Source: an uncultured Hyphomonadaceae bacterium (GTDB lineage: Bacteria > Pseudomonadota > Alphaproteobacteria > Caulobacterales > Maricaulaceae). From it: a DNA stretch of 64,000 nt. Shown here piece by piece: positions 49,127-59,088 of the stretch (positions within the stretch are counted from its first letter, which is position 1; every line of letters starts with the position of its first letter). The notes beneath the pieces are model-generated. The model did no database searches and had not been told where the DNA came from. It was given only the letters and a program-made list of their open reading frames with translations. Location of the stretch: the NCBI GenBank assembly GCA_913058335.1, contig CAJXPX010000001.1:182618-246617 (forward strand), read 5' to 3'. The translations under genes and the position numbers were made by a program.

Positions 49127-51646
49127 TTGTCTAAAACAAAACAAAATGTTATAAATCAAACTCGGAAGCTTTTATTGAGGAGCGTTGCCTCTTCAATATT
49201 TCTATTGCCTTATGTTGCACATGCACAAATTACGGCTAATGAAACACCACTTTCGACTTCTAACCCCGAGACCCAAGCCGACACTACTCAAGGCCAAGAT
49301 GAAATAGTTGTTACGGCCCGTCTTCGAAGTGAAAGTTTAATGGATGTTCCAGTCGCTGTGAACGCTATTTCCGCTGATACTTTAGACCAATATGCGATTG
49401 GAGACCTAACAGATATCGGTTCACTTGTGCCAAACGTCATTATTAGTGATTATAAAATTAATGGCGGAGGATCCCTGTCCATTCGGGGCATAAGCTCCCC
49501 TGCCACCCAAGTTGGTTTCGAGCAACCTGTATCTGTCTCTATGGACGGCGTACAAACGTCTGCCGGTCGAGTAGCAATGCTCGGGTTTTTCGATATGAAA
49601 AATGTTGAGGTCATGCGGGGGCCCCAAGCTCTCTTTTTCGGGAAAAACAGCCCTGCGGGTGTTATTTCTGTAGCAAGTAAAGGTCCAACGGATACGTTTG
49701 AGGCTGGAGGAAAGGTTGGCTATGAATTTGAAGGCCGCGAAATTTCGACTGAAGGTTACATTTCTGGCCCCCTAACCGAAAGTATAGGGGCAAGGCTTGC
49801 CGTTAAACATCGTGATCTTGGTGGATGGTTAAATAATAACGCAATGCCTATTGAAAATCCGTTTTTTGCTCCTGGCTTACCCCCAGAAACAGAATTTTTA
49901 CCGGGTCGGGCTACTGAAACCATTGGCGAAACAGAAACTTTAGCGCGCTTAACACTTGATTATGATGCAGGAGGAGCTCTCACTGCCGTTGCAAAATTAT
50001 TTCTAGCGCATGGAACCGGAGAGGGCGCGGGTGCTTTCGCGCAAAATATTGGCGCATGTGCCGAAGATGGACTCCCAAGATCTTATGGTTTTGCGGACCC
50101 CTTTGGAGATTGCAATGCCGATGATCAAACAAGCTATGGAGCCATCCCCGACGTGGTGGCACAAGCGCTGCCCCGTGGTGGCGACAGCGGCGAACCCCGT
50201 GATGAAATGGACGCTGTTATAGGGTCTCTAAACCTAAGTTATGATTTTGGGAATATGACCGCCACATCAATTAGTGGTTATGTAAAGCATGACTATTATT
50301 ATCTCTCCGCACTGGATCAAACAGTATATGGGGGTCTGATCGTTCTTGAAGACAACACGTTGGAGGCTATTAGTCAGGAAGTTCGTTTGGCCTCCGATTT
50401 TGATTCTCCCGTAAACTTTCTTCTGGGGGCTTATTTTCAAGACAGTACGGATGACCTTTATAATAATACATTGGTTACGCCTTACGTCTTTTTTGGCTTG
50501 GCGGGAAATGGGCGATATGATGCCTATGAAAAAGTAGCGGATCTCAAAAGTACTACTTACTCAGCTTTTGGACAATTGCTGTGGGATATAGCTGATGATT
50601 TAGAACTCGCGGGGGGGCTGCGCTATACGCATGAAAAACGCACCACCACCAATGAAAACTTATATGGGTTTGGGCCGTTTAATACAGGCACTACCGTATT
50701 TCCTGGATCCACTGACCAAACGCCCGGAATATTAGCTGGGGAATTCAATGATGATAATTTATCTCCTGAAGTCACCCTAACATATCGTCCTACTCAATCG
50801 CTGACTGCATGGGCAGGGTATAAAACAGGCTTTAAATCCGGCGGCTTTGCTTTAACAAGCCCGATGCAAACAACAGCCACTTTAGGTGATATTGATTTTG
50901 ATTCAGAAACAGTAAGCGGCGGTGAATTTGGATTGCGAGGCGATTATGGCCCCCTAGACTTTAGTGCAACAGCCTTTCTGTATGATTTCAAAGACCTTCA
51001 AGCGACTGTATATAACCCCGTAGATGTTCGCTATGTTATTAGTAATGCAGGCAAGCTTGAACAGCGCGGTATCGAATTTGATGCAAGTTATGATTTTTCT
51101 AACGGGTTAGAGGTTCACGGCGCCCTGGCCTATGTAGAAAACCGTTATCGCGATTATGTCGGTCAGTGCTATTTCTTTGCTTATGCAGGGGGGGCAGATC
51201 CTGCGACATCTGACCCGGCAGACGGCTGTAGATTCGTTGACCCCGGCGCCAGCCTCTTACTAGAACAAGATTATGAGGGGAAAGCGCCCGCGAGATCACC
51301 TGATTTAACCGGAAGTTTTGGCGGATCATACGAACAGGATATTAGTCCTAAACTCTATTTTCGGATCGCGGGAGATGCCTATTATTCCGATGATTATAAT
51401 GCGAGCGACGCTTTGTCCCCGGCAGCGCTTCAATCTGATTTCTGGAGGTTTAACGCCAGTGTCATGCTGGGTAAGATTGATGATAGCTGGCAGCTCTCTT
51501 TGATCGGAAAAAACCTGACAAATGAACATTACGTTTTGTTTGCCGCTGATCGAACAGGTGGCTCTACACGTCCGGGCATTGGGGAGCAACGCGGTGCTAT
51601 CGCAAGAGGTCGAGAAATCGCTTTGCAACTAGGGTTCAACTTTTAG
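49127..51646 (+). CDS. TonB-dependent receptor
   Basis: DEIVVTARLRSESLMDVP, VEVMRGPQALFFGKNSPAG, terminal LGFNF; TTG 49127 follows an AGGGGAG RBS. Confidence 0.94.
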   Translation: MSKTKQNVINQTRKLLLRSVASSIFLLPYVAHAQITANETPLSTSNPETQADTTQGQDEIVVTARLRSESLMDVPVAVNAISADTLDQYAIGDLTDIGSLVPNVIISDYKINGGGSLSIRGISSPATQVGFEQPVSVSMDGVQTSAGRVAMLGFFDMKNVEVMRGPQALFFGKNSPAGVISVASKGPTDTFEAGGKVGYEFEGREISTEGYISGPLTESIGARLAVKHRDLGGWLNNNAMPIENPFFAPGLPPETEFLPGRATETIGETETLARLTLDYDAGGALTAVAKLFLAHGTGEGAGAFAQNIGACAEDGLPRSYGFADPFGDCNADDQTSYGAIPDVVAQALPRGGDSGEPRDEMDAVIGSLNLSYDFGNMTATSISGYVKHDYYYLSALDQTVYGGLIVLEDNTLEAISQEVRLASDFDSPVNFLLGAYFQDSTDDLYNNTLVTPYVFFGLAGNGRYDAYEKVADLKSTTYSAFGQLLWDIADDLELAGGLRYTHEKRTTTNENLYGFGPFNTGTTVFPGSTDQTPGILAGEFNDDNLSPEVTLTYRPTQSLTAWAGYKTGFKSGGFALTSPMQTTATLGDIDFDSETVSGGEFGLRGDYGPLDFSATAFLYDFKDLQATVYNPVDVRYVISNAGKLEQRGIEFDASYDFSNGLEVHGALAYVENRYRDYVGQCYFFAYAGGADPATSDPADGCRFVDPGASLLLEQDYEGKAPARSPDLTGSFGGSYEQDISPKLYFRIAGDAYYSDDYNASDALSPAALQSDFWRFNASVMLGKIDDSWQLSLIGKNLTNEHYVLFAADRTGGSTRPGIGEQRGAIARGREIALQLGFNF

Positions 51647-51710
51647 GTTAAGTATTCCCAATCTGCATATCGAAAAACCGCATCATTAGCGTTTTAAAGA
51701 ATTAAATATT

Positions 51711-51740
51711 TCGGTGAGGATTTCTTTTTCACCGATTTTT
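51711..51740 (+). terminator. Possible intrinsic terminator after the TonB receptor
   Basis: TCGGTGA-N11-TCACCGA followed by TTTTT. Confidence 0.55.
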
Positions 51741-51787
51741 ATGAAAGCAAGGGAATTTCACCCTTGAAATTATTAGGAGTTCCCTTG

Positions 51788-53425
51788 ATGGGCAATTTAG
51801 AAAAAAAACCTGAAATAGATGCCATTGTGATTGGGGCGGGCATTACGGGTATTTATCAAACTTATTTGCTTAACAAGGCCGGTCTAAGTGTTGTGGGTAT
51901 TGATGCGGCCGAAGATGTCGGTGGAACCTGGCTTTGGAATAAGTATCCTGGATGTCGTCTCGATACAGAGAGTTACGCCTATGGATATTTTGCATTAAAT
52001 GGTATTATTCCGGAATGGAATTGGAGCGAAAACTTTGCGTCCCAGCCAGAAATGCTTCGCTATGTAAATTATGCCGCCGATAAGATGGAGGTCAGAAAAC
52101 ATTACAAGTTCAATACAACTGTTACTAAAGCGCATTATTCAGACGAAGACAGAATATGGAATGTGACTTTAGAGGGGGGGAACACTTTAACCTGTCGCTT
52201 TTTAATTTCTGCAACCGGACCACTTTCAGCGACTCGTCTGCCGGATATTGAAGGCATTGAAACTTTTAAAGGTGAATCTTATCATTCTTCGCGATGGCCA
52301 ACCAATCCAGATGGAAGCACCAAGAATGTTGATTTTACCGGCAAACGTGTGGGCATTATCGGCACCGGGGCAACCGGTGTTCAAATTATTCCTATCGCCT
52401 CTCAAACGGCAGATGATCTTTACGTCTTTCAAAGGTCGCCCAATTGGTGCACGCCATTAGGAAACTCCCCACTGTCCAAAGAAGATATGGACAACATTCG
52501 CAATCGACATCCCACTATACTTGAATACGTAAAATCAACAGACACTGCTTTTCCCTATCATAGAGACCGTCGCAAAGGCGTAAACGTCCCTAAAAAAGAA
52601 CGGGATGAATTTTTTGAAGGTCTTTATGATGAACCGGGTTATGGCATCTGGCTTAGCGGATTTCGTGACCTTCTACTCAGTAAAGAATCTAACAAGTTTC
52701 TTGCTGATTTTGTGGCTGACAAAATCAGAGAGCGTGTGGACGATCCGGAAGTTGCCGAAATGCTAATTCCCAAGGATCACCCTTTTGGCGGCAAACGCGT
52801 TCCGATGGAAACAAACTATTATGAGACTTATAATAAGGAAAATGTTCACCTCGTAAATATACGCCAAGCCCCTATTGAAAAAATTATTCCCGAAGGGATT
52901 CAGACTACAGATGGCTTCTATGACTTGGATGTCATTATTTATGCAACAGGTTTTGATGCCGTCACAGGTTCACTTGATCGAATGGACATTCGTGGCCGAA
53001 ACGGGTTGCGCTTGAAAGAAGCCTGGGCAGATGGTCCGTCAACCTTTCTTGGCCTACAAGCCCGTGGCTTCCCGAATTTCTTTACCCCAGTCGGCCCACA
53101 TAATGGCTCGGCCTTCTGTAATGTTGGCGTCTGCGGAGGTCTGCAGGCAGAGTGGATCACCCGAATGATAACTTATATGGATCATCATGGATTAGTTTAT
53201 TCAGAACCAACTGAAAAAGCTGAAGAGGAATGGACTGAAGAAATTTATAGAGACTTTTCTAGAACACTTCTGGCGGAAGCCAATGCTTGGTGGGTCAAAG
53301 TTACGGAGAAACCTGACGGCAGTGTTGTTCGCCGAACTCTAGTACATGTCGGAGGCGGGCCCGCCTATCGAAAGCGTTGTGAAGAAGTCGCCTATTCCGG
53401 ATATGAGGGATTTGAACTCGCGTAG
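51788..53425 (+). CDS. Type I Baeyer-Villiger monooxygenase
   Basis: GAGITG, GGTWLWNKYPGCRLD, fingerprint FKGESYHSSRWP, GTGATGVQ, ATGFDA; ATG 51788 follows AGGAG. Confidence 0.95.
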   Translation: MGNLEKKPEIDAIVIGAGITGIYQTYLLNKAGLSVVGIDAAEDVGGTWLWNKYPGCRLDTESYAYGYFALNGIIPEWNWSENFASQPEMLRYVNYAADKMEVRKHYKFNTTVTKAHYSDEDRIWNVTLEGGNTLTCRFLISATGPLSATRLPDIEGIETFKGESYHSSRWPTNPDGSTKNVDFTGKRVGIIGTGATGVQIIPIASQTADDLYVFQRSPNWCTPLGNSPLSKEDMDNIRNRHPTILEYVKSTDTAFPYHRDRRKGVNVPKKERDEFFEGLYDEPGYGIWLSGFRDLLLSKESNKFLADFVADKIRERVDDPEVAEMLIPKDHPFGGKRVPMETNYYETYNKENVHLVNIRQAPIEKIIPEGIQTTDGFYDLDVIIYATGFDAVTGSLDRMDIRGRNGLRLKEAWADGPSTFLGLQARGFPNFFTPVGPHNGSAFCNVGVCGGLQAEWITRMITYMDHHGLVYSEPTEKAEEEWTEEIYRDFSRTLLAEANAWWVKVTEKPDGSVVRRTLVHVGGGPAYRKRCEEVAYSGYEGFELA

Positions 53426-53649
53426 AGGTGAGAATGGGGTAAAATTAATCACTACTCACAAATTATTTCTCACCCTTCCAAACGAGAGCTTACATTCTAG
53501 ATACTGATGTCAGTATACTTCAAATACTGGCATCTTTTGGACCCTCATTTAAATTATCTCTCAAGCAACCGATCAATCTGTTCCCTATAAATCGGGGGGC
53601 GAACGACCACATGAGAAGGGGTCAATATCATTTCCGCACCTATCCGTGG

Positions 53650-53805
53650 GTGATATTTGGATACGCTTGGACGTCTCCCCTCCCCCTCGTTCAAGTAAAA
53701 ACCGAACACACTCACATATAAACGCGTCTAAAGGATCGTCTCACTTCACAGTGAGCAGATCAACACCTTACTCAAACCTGGCAGACGTACGAAGTAAGCT
53801 TGATC
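53650..53805 (+). pseudogene. Possible highly decayed serine recombinase relic
   Basis: GTG-IFGYAWTS resembles resolvase (M)IFGYARTS; SEQI and KLD follow downstream but in different frames. Confidence 0.25.
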
Positions 53806-54021
53806 CCATTTTGATTTAACTGAGTTACAAGCGCTAATTCACAATACGAAAACTGGATGAGTCAGTTACATAGGAAAGCGACAGAGTAAAAGATAAATTC
53901 GGGCAGAAACACCATAGAAAATAATTAGCTATGGTGGCACGAAATGCACAATTTCATGCGTGAATGCTATGGTCTCAACGGATTGAAACTGCCAAAGAGT
54001 ATAAAAGAATAAAGGGAAATC

Positions 54022-55248
54022 ATGAACCGTTCAGCAGGTTTTTCAACGAGCGAATTTTCAAATCGAAAACTATTGATTTTTGCTTCGGCCTTTGGACTTT
54101 CAACAGGTGTTACCGCGACTATGTTTTATAGTTTGGGCGCTTTTATTCCTTCCCTTGAGACGGAGTTTGGTTGGGAGCGTGGAAATATTTCTCTCGCTGT
54201 AACCTTTTTGACAATTGGATTATTTGTAGCGGGTCCTTTTGCTGGTAAGCTTTGCGATATATATGGCGCGGCAAAAATAGGTGCAATAAGTCTATTGGCC
54301 TATGCACTAATTATTGCGACATTGCCGCTATATGTTGAAACGCTCTCAGTCTTCTGGATCGTTTACTTTGCCGTAGCCGTTATCGGGGCAGGCTCGACAC
54401 CTATTGTCCTTGTAAGACCGATCAGTACATTGTTCAATCGTCGACGCGGATTGGCTTTAGGCATCGCCTTAACAGGCGCTGGTTTAGCTGGGTTTTGGGT
54501 ACCTAACCTTGTAGCCATGGTCGCCGCCGAAGCGGGCTGGCGCATTTCTTATATGGCCCTTGCCGCTACGGCTATAGTCGCAGCACCTATCGTTTGGTTC
54601 GGCTTCAGACATGTGGAGATAAATAATCAGACCTTACAAGCCCATACACAAGACGGCATAAGTGCAAAAGAAGCTAGAGCAAAGCCAGTTTATTGGATGA
54701 TGACCTTTATGGCCTTTACAATGGCCATTGGAATTGCAGGCGTCATCGTTCATCTTATTCCATTTTTTACAGATCTCGGCGCGGTTCCGGCGACAGCGGC
54801 GAAAGTGGCTTCTATCGTTGGCCTCTCAAGCGTCGTCGGACGTATTGTAGTAGGGATTATGCTGGACCGATACGGCGCGACGATTGTCTCTATGTCGATT
54901 TTATTTCTCGCTGCCATGGGGATTGTTATTCTTTGGCTCACAGGTTTAAAACTCTCATTACTAGCAGTGATTTTGCTCGGTCTTGCGGCTGGTGCTGAAA
55001 TCGATCTTTTGGCCTATCTTACGGCGCAGATATTTGGACGACGCGCCTATGGCGCCATCTATGGCTGGCAATATAGTGTGTTCGCCCTAGGATATGGCTT
55101 CAGCCCATTTTTAGTGGGGCATCTTCGCGATTATTTTGGATCCTATGACATCGCGTTTCTCGCAAGTGCCGTTTCGATGCTACTCTCTGCGGGATCTGCT
55201 ATAATGATAGGGAGACTTCGAAATAGAGAATTGTTGCAAAGTGCCTGA
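54022..55248 (+). CDS. MFS transporter
   Basis: 12-TM pattern, GKLCDIYG and GIMLDRYG motif A, LAAGAEIDLLAYL. Confidence 0.92.
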   Translation: MNRSAGFSTSEFSNRKLLIFASAFGLSTGVTATMFYSLGAFIPSLETEFGWERGNISLAVTFLTIGLFVAGPFAGKLCDIYGAAKIGAISLLAYALIIATLPLYVETLSVFWIVYFAVAVIGAGSTPIVLVRPISTLFNRRRGLALGIALTGAGLAGFWVPNLVAMVAAEAGWRISYMALAATAIVAAPIVWFGFRHVEINNQTLQAHTQDGISAKEARAKPVYWMMTFMAFTMAIGIAGVIVHLIPFFTDLGAVPATAAKVASIVGLSSVVGRIVVGIMLDRYGATIVSMSILFLAAMGIVILWLTGLKLSLLAVILLGLAAGAEIDLLAYLTAQIFGRRAYGAIYGWQYSVFALGYGFSPFLVGHLRDYFGSYDIAFLASAVSMLLSAGSAIMIGRLRNRELLQSA

Positions 55249-55368
55249 CTCCTCCCCTGTTTTTAAAATATAAAATTATCAATCTACTTGGTCACGAGGT
55301 TATTTGGTCGAGGTCTTTTGTACGATCATCGGCACATCTGACAGGGAAGGTTTTCGCGTCTAAAATTG

Positions 55369-56340
55369 TTAGTCCCATGCGCCTTTATTCAGGGCCGCTT
55401 CAGGAATTTTATGTTTGATTACAGCCTTGATATTTTCAATTGCCTTATCAAATAACGCTTCGAGATTCTCCTGCGTTCGGGCAATGTCATGTGAGGTAAG
55501 TATAACGTTATCAAGCGACCGTAACGGGCTTCCCTTCGGGAGAGGTTCCGTCTCAAAAACATCGAGCGCAATCGTTCGAAACCTTTTAGCTATTTCAGGT
55601 TTCGCCAATGCCTTTTCATCAATAACAGACCCTCTTGAAAGATTTACGAGAATGCTACCTTCTCGCATAGCTGATAGGCGCGCATGGTTGAGAATGTGAT
55701 AGGTGCTGTCGGTAAGCGGTACGAGAGGAACAACAATATCACTTTTCTCAATAAGTTCCTCAAGGCTAACAAAACGCCCTCCCAGGGCTAATTCACCGGA
55801 ACCTGACCGCGTATGCACCAGTACTGTAACATTCCAGCCCTGAAGGCGCTGATGTAGTTCACGGGCAATATTTCCATATCCTATGATACCTATCGTTTTC
55901 CCGCCAAGTGTGTATGGCTGCAAGCGAGCAAGCCCAGGAAAACTGTCAGGTCGTAAATTACGTTGAGCACCATCTACATCATACAAGGCCATCAAAATGA
56001 ATAGCATAACAGCTTCAGCGACAGACTGATAATTTTCTACGGCCTGACCATTGGCTACAAGTATCCCCCTTGCGGTTGCCGCTTCCACGTCAATCCCTTC
56101 GTACCCAAGAGACGGCGTGACTATAGCTTTTAACTGCTTGGATTTCTCCATATCCTCTTCTGAACAAGGCTTTGCATAAACAACAAGAACATCAGTATTT
56201 TTCCAATCCGGATGGTCTGAGACATTCGAAAGATCATAAGTTTCTGTCACCTTCACGCCTTCACGACGAACTTTTTCTGCAAGACGAAATGTGAAATCCT
56301 GCGTCTCCATAGGACCGGCCATCATAACATTTACAGACAT
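55369..56340 (-). CDS. D-isomer-specific 2-hydroxyacid dehydrogenase family
   Basis: GKTIGIIGYGNIA, VNLSRGSVIDE, ALDVFETEPL, LTSH. Confidence 0.9.
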   Translation of the reverse strand: MSVNVMMAGPMETQDFTFRLAEKVRREGVKVTETYDLSNVSDHPDWKNTDVLVVYAKPCSEEDMEKSKQLKAIVTPSLGYEGIDVEAATARGILVANGQAVENYQSVAEAVMLFILMALYDVDGAQRNLRPDSFPGLARLQPYTLGGKTIGIIGYGNIARELHQRLQGWNVTVLVHTRSGSGELALGGRFVSLEELIEKSDIVVPLVPLTDSTYHILNHARLSAMREGSILVNLSRGSVIDEKALAKPEIAKRFRTIALDVFETEPLPKGSPLRSLDNVILTSHDIARTQENLEALFDKAIENIKAVIKHKIPEAALNKGAWD

Positions 56341-56449
56341 AGGAGGCCCTTCTGGTTCAGCTTAATAAAGAAGTGGAGAAGCTCCACATGAAAGAACCAA
56401 CCTAATTTTAAGTTATATTTCTTCCCAGAAAGAAGTTGATGACCACGAG

Positions 56450-58819
56450 TCAGTAGGCGTAGCTTAATCGAACGCCATATGTGCGGGGAGCGCCTGGGAC
56501 ACGAAAAATCGTATCAATAATTGTATCAACATTCGTCCAATAATTTTCTTCCAAAAGGTTACGGGCATATAAATCTACAGACCAAGAATCATCCAAAGTA
56601 TGTATACCGATGACACCGTTGAGGATTGCATAATCGTCAATTTTAAAGTCCGTTTCATTCCCAATCGAACCTTGTGCTTTTGACTGATAGCTTGCACTCA
56701 AAACTGCATTGAAGCCTAGTTTATCTGTAATTGGCCTATCATATTGGACCTGTCCGTTTATGTGCCACTTCGGTGAATTCGGAAACTCCAATCCGGAAAA
56801 GTCTGCTTCTTGCCCAAGCCGATTAATACCAATGAATTCTGTTACTTCAGTATTAACATAAGAAACTCCTGTCTGAAGCCTAAGATGATCTGTAGGATTG
56901 ACCGCAAGTTCAGTTTCCATACCCCACACTCTTGATTTCGGGACATTTACGATGCGAGGTAGCGTGGTAAAAATAATGTCTTGAACATCACCATAAATTT
57001 GTTTGTCTTTGTAATCGTAATAATACCCACTGAAATTTGCCTGCGCCAAGCCGTTAAAAAGACCAGCCTTTATACCCGCTTCATAGGCCGTAACTTCCTC
57101 TTGAACCGCAGGAGAGAATTGGGTTTCAACATTGGCTGGCAAAACAGGGAAAGCACCGGACTTAAACCCTCTTGCTACTGATGCATAAAGTAAAGTCTCA
57201 GAATTTAATTCAAAATTAAGGCCAACCCTACCGGAAACATTGTTTTCATCTAACGTGGGTTGGGCAAGTACATTTTCTGAAAAGTCGGCGCTATAAGTCA
57301 AACATTCATTGGGCTGAACATTTGTGTTAGACCCTGCCAAAGCGGCAACAGCTGTATTCCAGACAGGAATTGTGTTCCCATTAAAATCGCGGGAGCAACC
57401 GGCGAAGCGGATCTTATCCTCGGTATATCGAATCCCGCCAACAAGTGTCCATTTATCAGCAAAGGCCCATTCTGCATTTGCGAGAATAGACGCCGACTCA
57501 TTATCTTGATCGGTAGAGTTTCGGAAATTCGCAAATCCTCCTGCGACTTGCTCCGCTGTATAATCTGTTTGAGGCACAGTTGCCCCGACAGCTCTCAAAA
57601 GTCGAACAGTAGAGTTCTCATCGTAATAGCCGATTTGATCGTCACTGACTTTATCTTGGGCATAAAATACGCCGATTAAATAGTCTAATTTATCAGTGCT
57701 TCCCACTAACCTAAATTCTTGTGAAAATGACTCTATATTGCCGTTTGACTCATAAGCCAGTAATTCGAAAGATGTACCGTCAAGATCATTAAAGTCCTTT
57801 CTCTTTACATTATTATAGCCCGTGAGAGAGACTAAGCTAAGGCTGTCAGAAAGGTCGTAATTCACACGCCCACTCAACGAATAGAAACGAGAGTCCATTT
57901 CAAAAGGCGGTTTACCATTCTCCGGCGCATCCCAATCGGCATCCCCAATCTCAAAATTAGATTGCGCGACATCCGTTAGTCCCGGAATAGCCGTTGCCGG
58001 TCGGGCAATATCCAAAGCATTTGCTTGAGGGGCTACAGTGTCGGACTGATCTTTCCACCATGAGGCACCAAGTAAGACTTGAAGTCGGTCAGTCGGTGTC
58101 CAATCAAGTGTGAAACGAGCCGCCAGCCTATCTTTCTGACCTAACTTATCGCCTGGGCGGGAAAGACTCTCCTGCCATCCCTCTCCACTATTCTCCTGAC
58201 GCATAGCAAATCGAAAGTTCAGATCATCCGTTACCGGGCCGCTGGCATAACCCTCTGTATTGACTGTTTCGTAATTACCAATTTCAATTGAAACGCCCCC
58301 TTCGTAGTAATCCGTCGGCTTAGCCGTAATGAAATTAATTAAGCCGCCCGTTGTGTTTCTGCCGTATAGTGTCCCCTGGGGTCCTTTCAAAACTTCGACA
58401 CGCTCTAAATCAAAAGTTGGTCCACTCGCGAAATAGGGATAAACATAGGCCACCTCATCTACATAAATACCGACGGGACTGGTAGAAGATAAATTAGGTG
58501 TTTGAAATCCAATCCCGCGAAGCGTATAAATTGGTGTATTCGCGCTAGACTTTGCATAATTAAATCCTGAAACGACCTGCGTCAGGTCAGAAGTCGTCTC
58601 TACCCCCGCATTTTTTAAGCCCTCACTACTGATTGCCTGCATGGTAAGCCCGACATCATTAATATCTTGAGATCGTTTTTGAGCTGTCACAACGACAACA
58701 TCCTGAATTCTGTCTGACGTTGCTTGCGGCGTATCATTTAGAGTTTGCGCATAAGCTGGAGCAAAAGTTGGCCCAACGATAGCCATACCTGTCACAAGCA
58801 ATTTATTGTGAATTTTCAT
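56450..58819 (-). CDS. TonB-dependent receptor
   Basis: VVVTAQKRSQDINDV, VEVLKGPQGTLYGRNTTGG, terminal RLSYAY; ATG 58819 preferred as start. Confidence 0.95.
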   Translation of the reverse strand: MKIHNKLLVTGMAIVGPTFAPAYAQTLNDTPQATSDRIQDVVVVTAQKRSQDINDVGLTMQAISSEGLKNAGVETTSDLTQVVSGFNYAKSSANTPIYTLRGIGFQTPNLSSTSPVGIYVDEVAYVYPYFASGPTFDLERVEVLKGPQGTLYGRNTTGGLINFITAKPTDYYEGGVSIEIGNYETVNTEGYASGPVTDDLNFRFAMRQENSGEGWQESLSRPGDKLGQKDRLAARFTLDWTPTDRLQVLLGASWWKDQSDTVAPQANALDIARPATAIPGLTDVAQSNFEIGDADWDAPENGKPPFEMDSRFYSLSGRVNYDLSDSLSLVSLTGYNNVKRKDFNDLDGTSFELLAYESNGNIESFSQEFRLVGSTDKLDYLIGVFYAQDKVSDDQIGYYDENSTVRLLRAVGATVPQTDYTAEQVAGGFANFRNSTDQDNESASILANAEWAFADKWTLVGGIRYTEDKIRFAGCSRDFNGNTIPVWNTAVAALAGSNTNVQPNECLTYSADFSENVLAQPTLDENNVSGRVGLNFELNSETLLYASVARGFKSGAFPVLPANVETQFSPAVQEEVTAYEAGIKAGLFNGLAQANFSGYYYDYKDKQIYGDVQDIIFTTLPRIVNVPKSRVWGMETELAVNPTDHLRLQTGVSYVNTEVTEFIGINRLGQEADFSGLEFPNSPKWHINGQVQYDRPITDKLGFNAVLSASYQSKAQGSIGNETDFKIDDYAILNGVIGIHTLDDSWSVDLYARNLLEENYWTNVDTIIDTIFRVPGAPRTYGVRLSYAY

Positions 58820-59088
58820 AATTTTCCCCAAGTAGCGAATTACCGCCAATATTTACTACTTTTATTTTACAGTAACTTGGTTGGGGCAACCATGTCTAAG
58901 AAAGACAAGCTATAACTATTCGTGCCATTTTTAGTTGGGTTATGAGGGCCCCAACGCAGCAATAGTAAGTAAAAAAATCAAACAGGCAGAGTAATTTTTT
59001 ACTATACGGTCTGGAAAGCTCGTTTAGAGGGCAACTGCTTTAGGGGCGGAACAGCTGCCTTCGAATTACCTTCTCGGCTCAAAATAGC

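Noticed and set aside
53935-53948. Sigma-54 promoter-like TGGCACG...TGC
   Set aside because: The GG-to-GC spacing is 8 or 11 nt, not the required 10.
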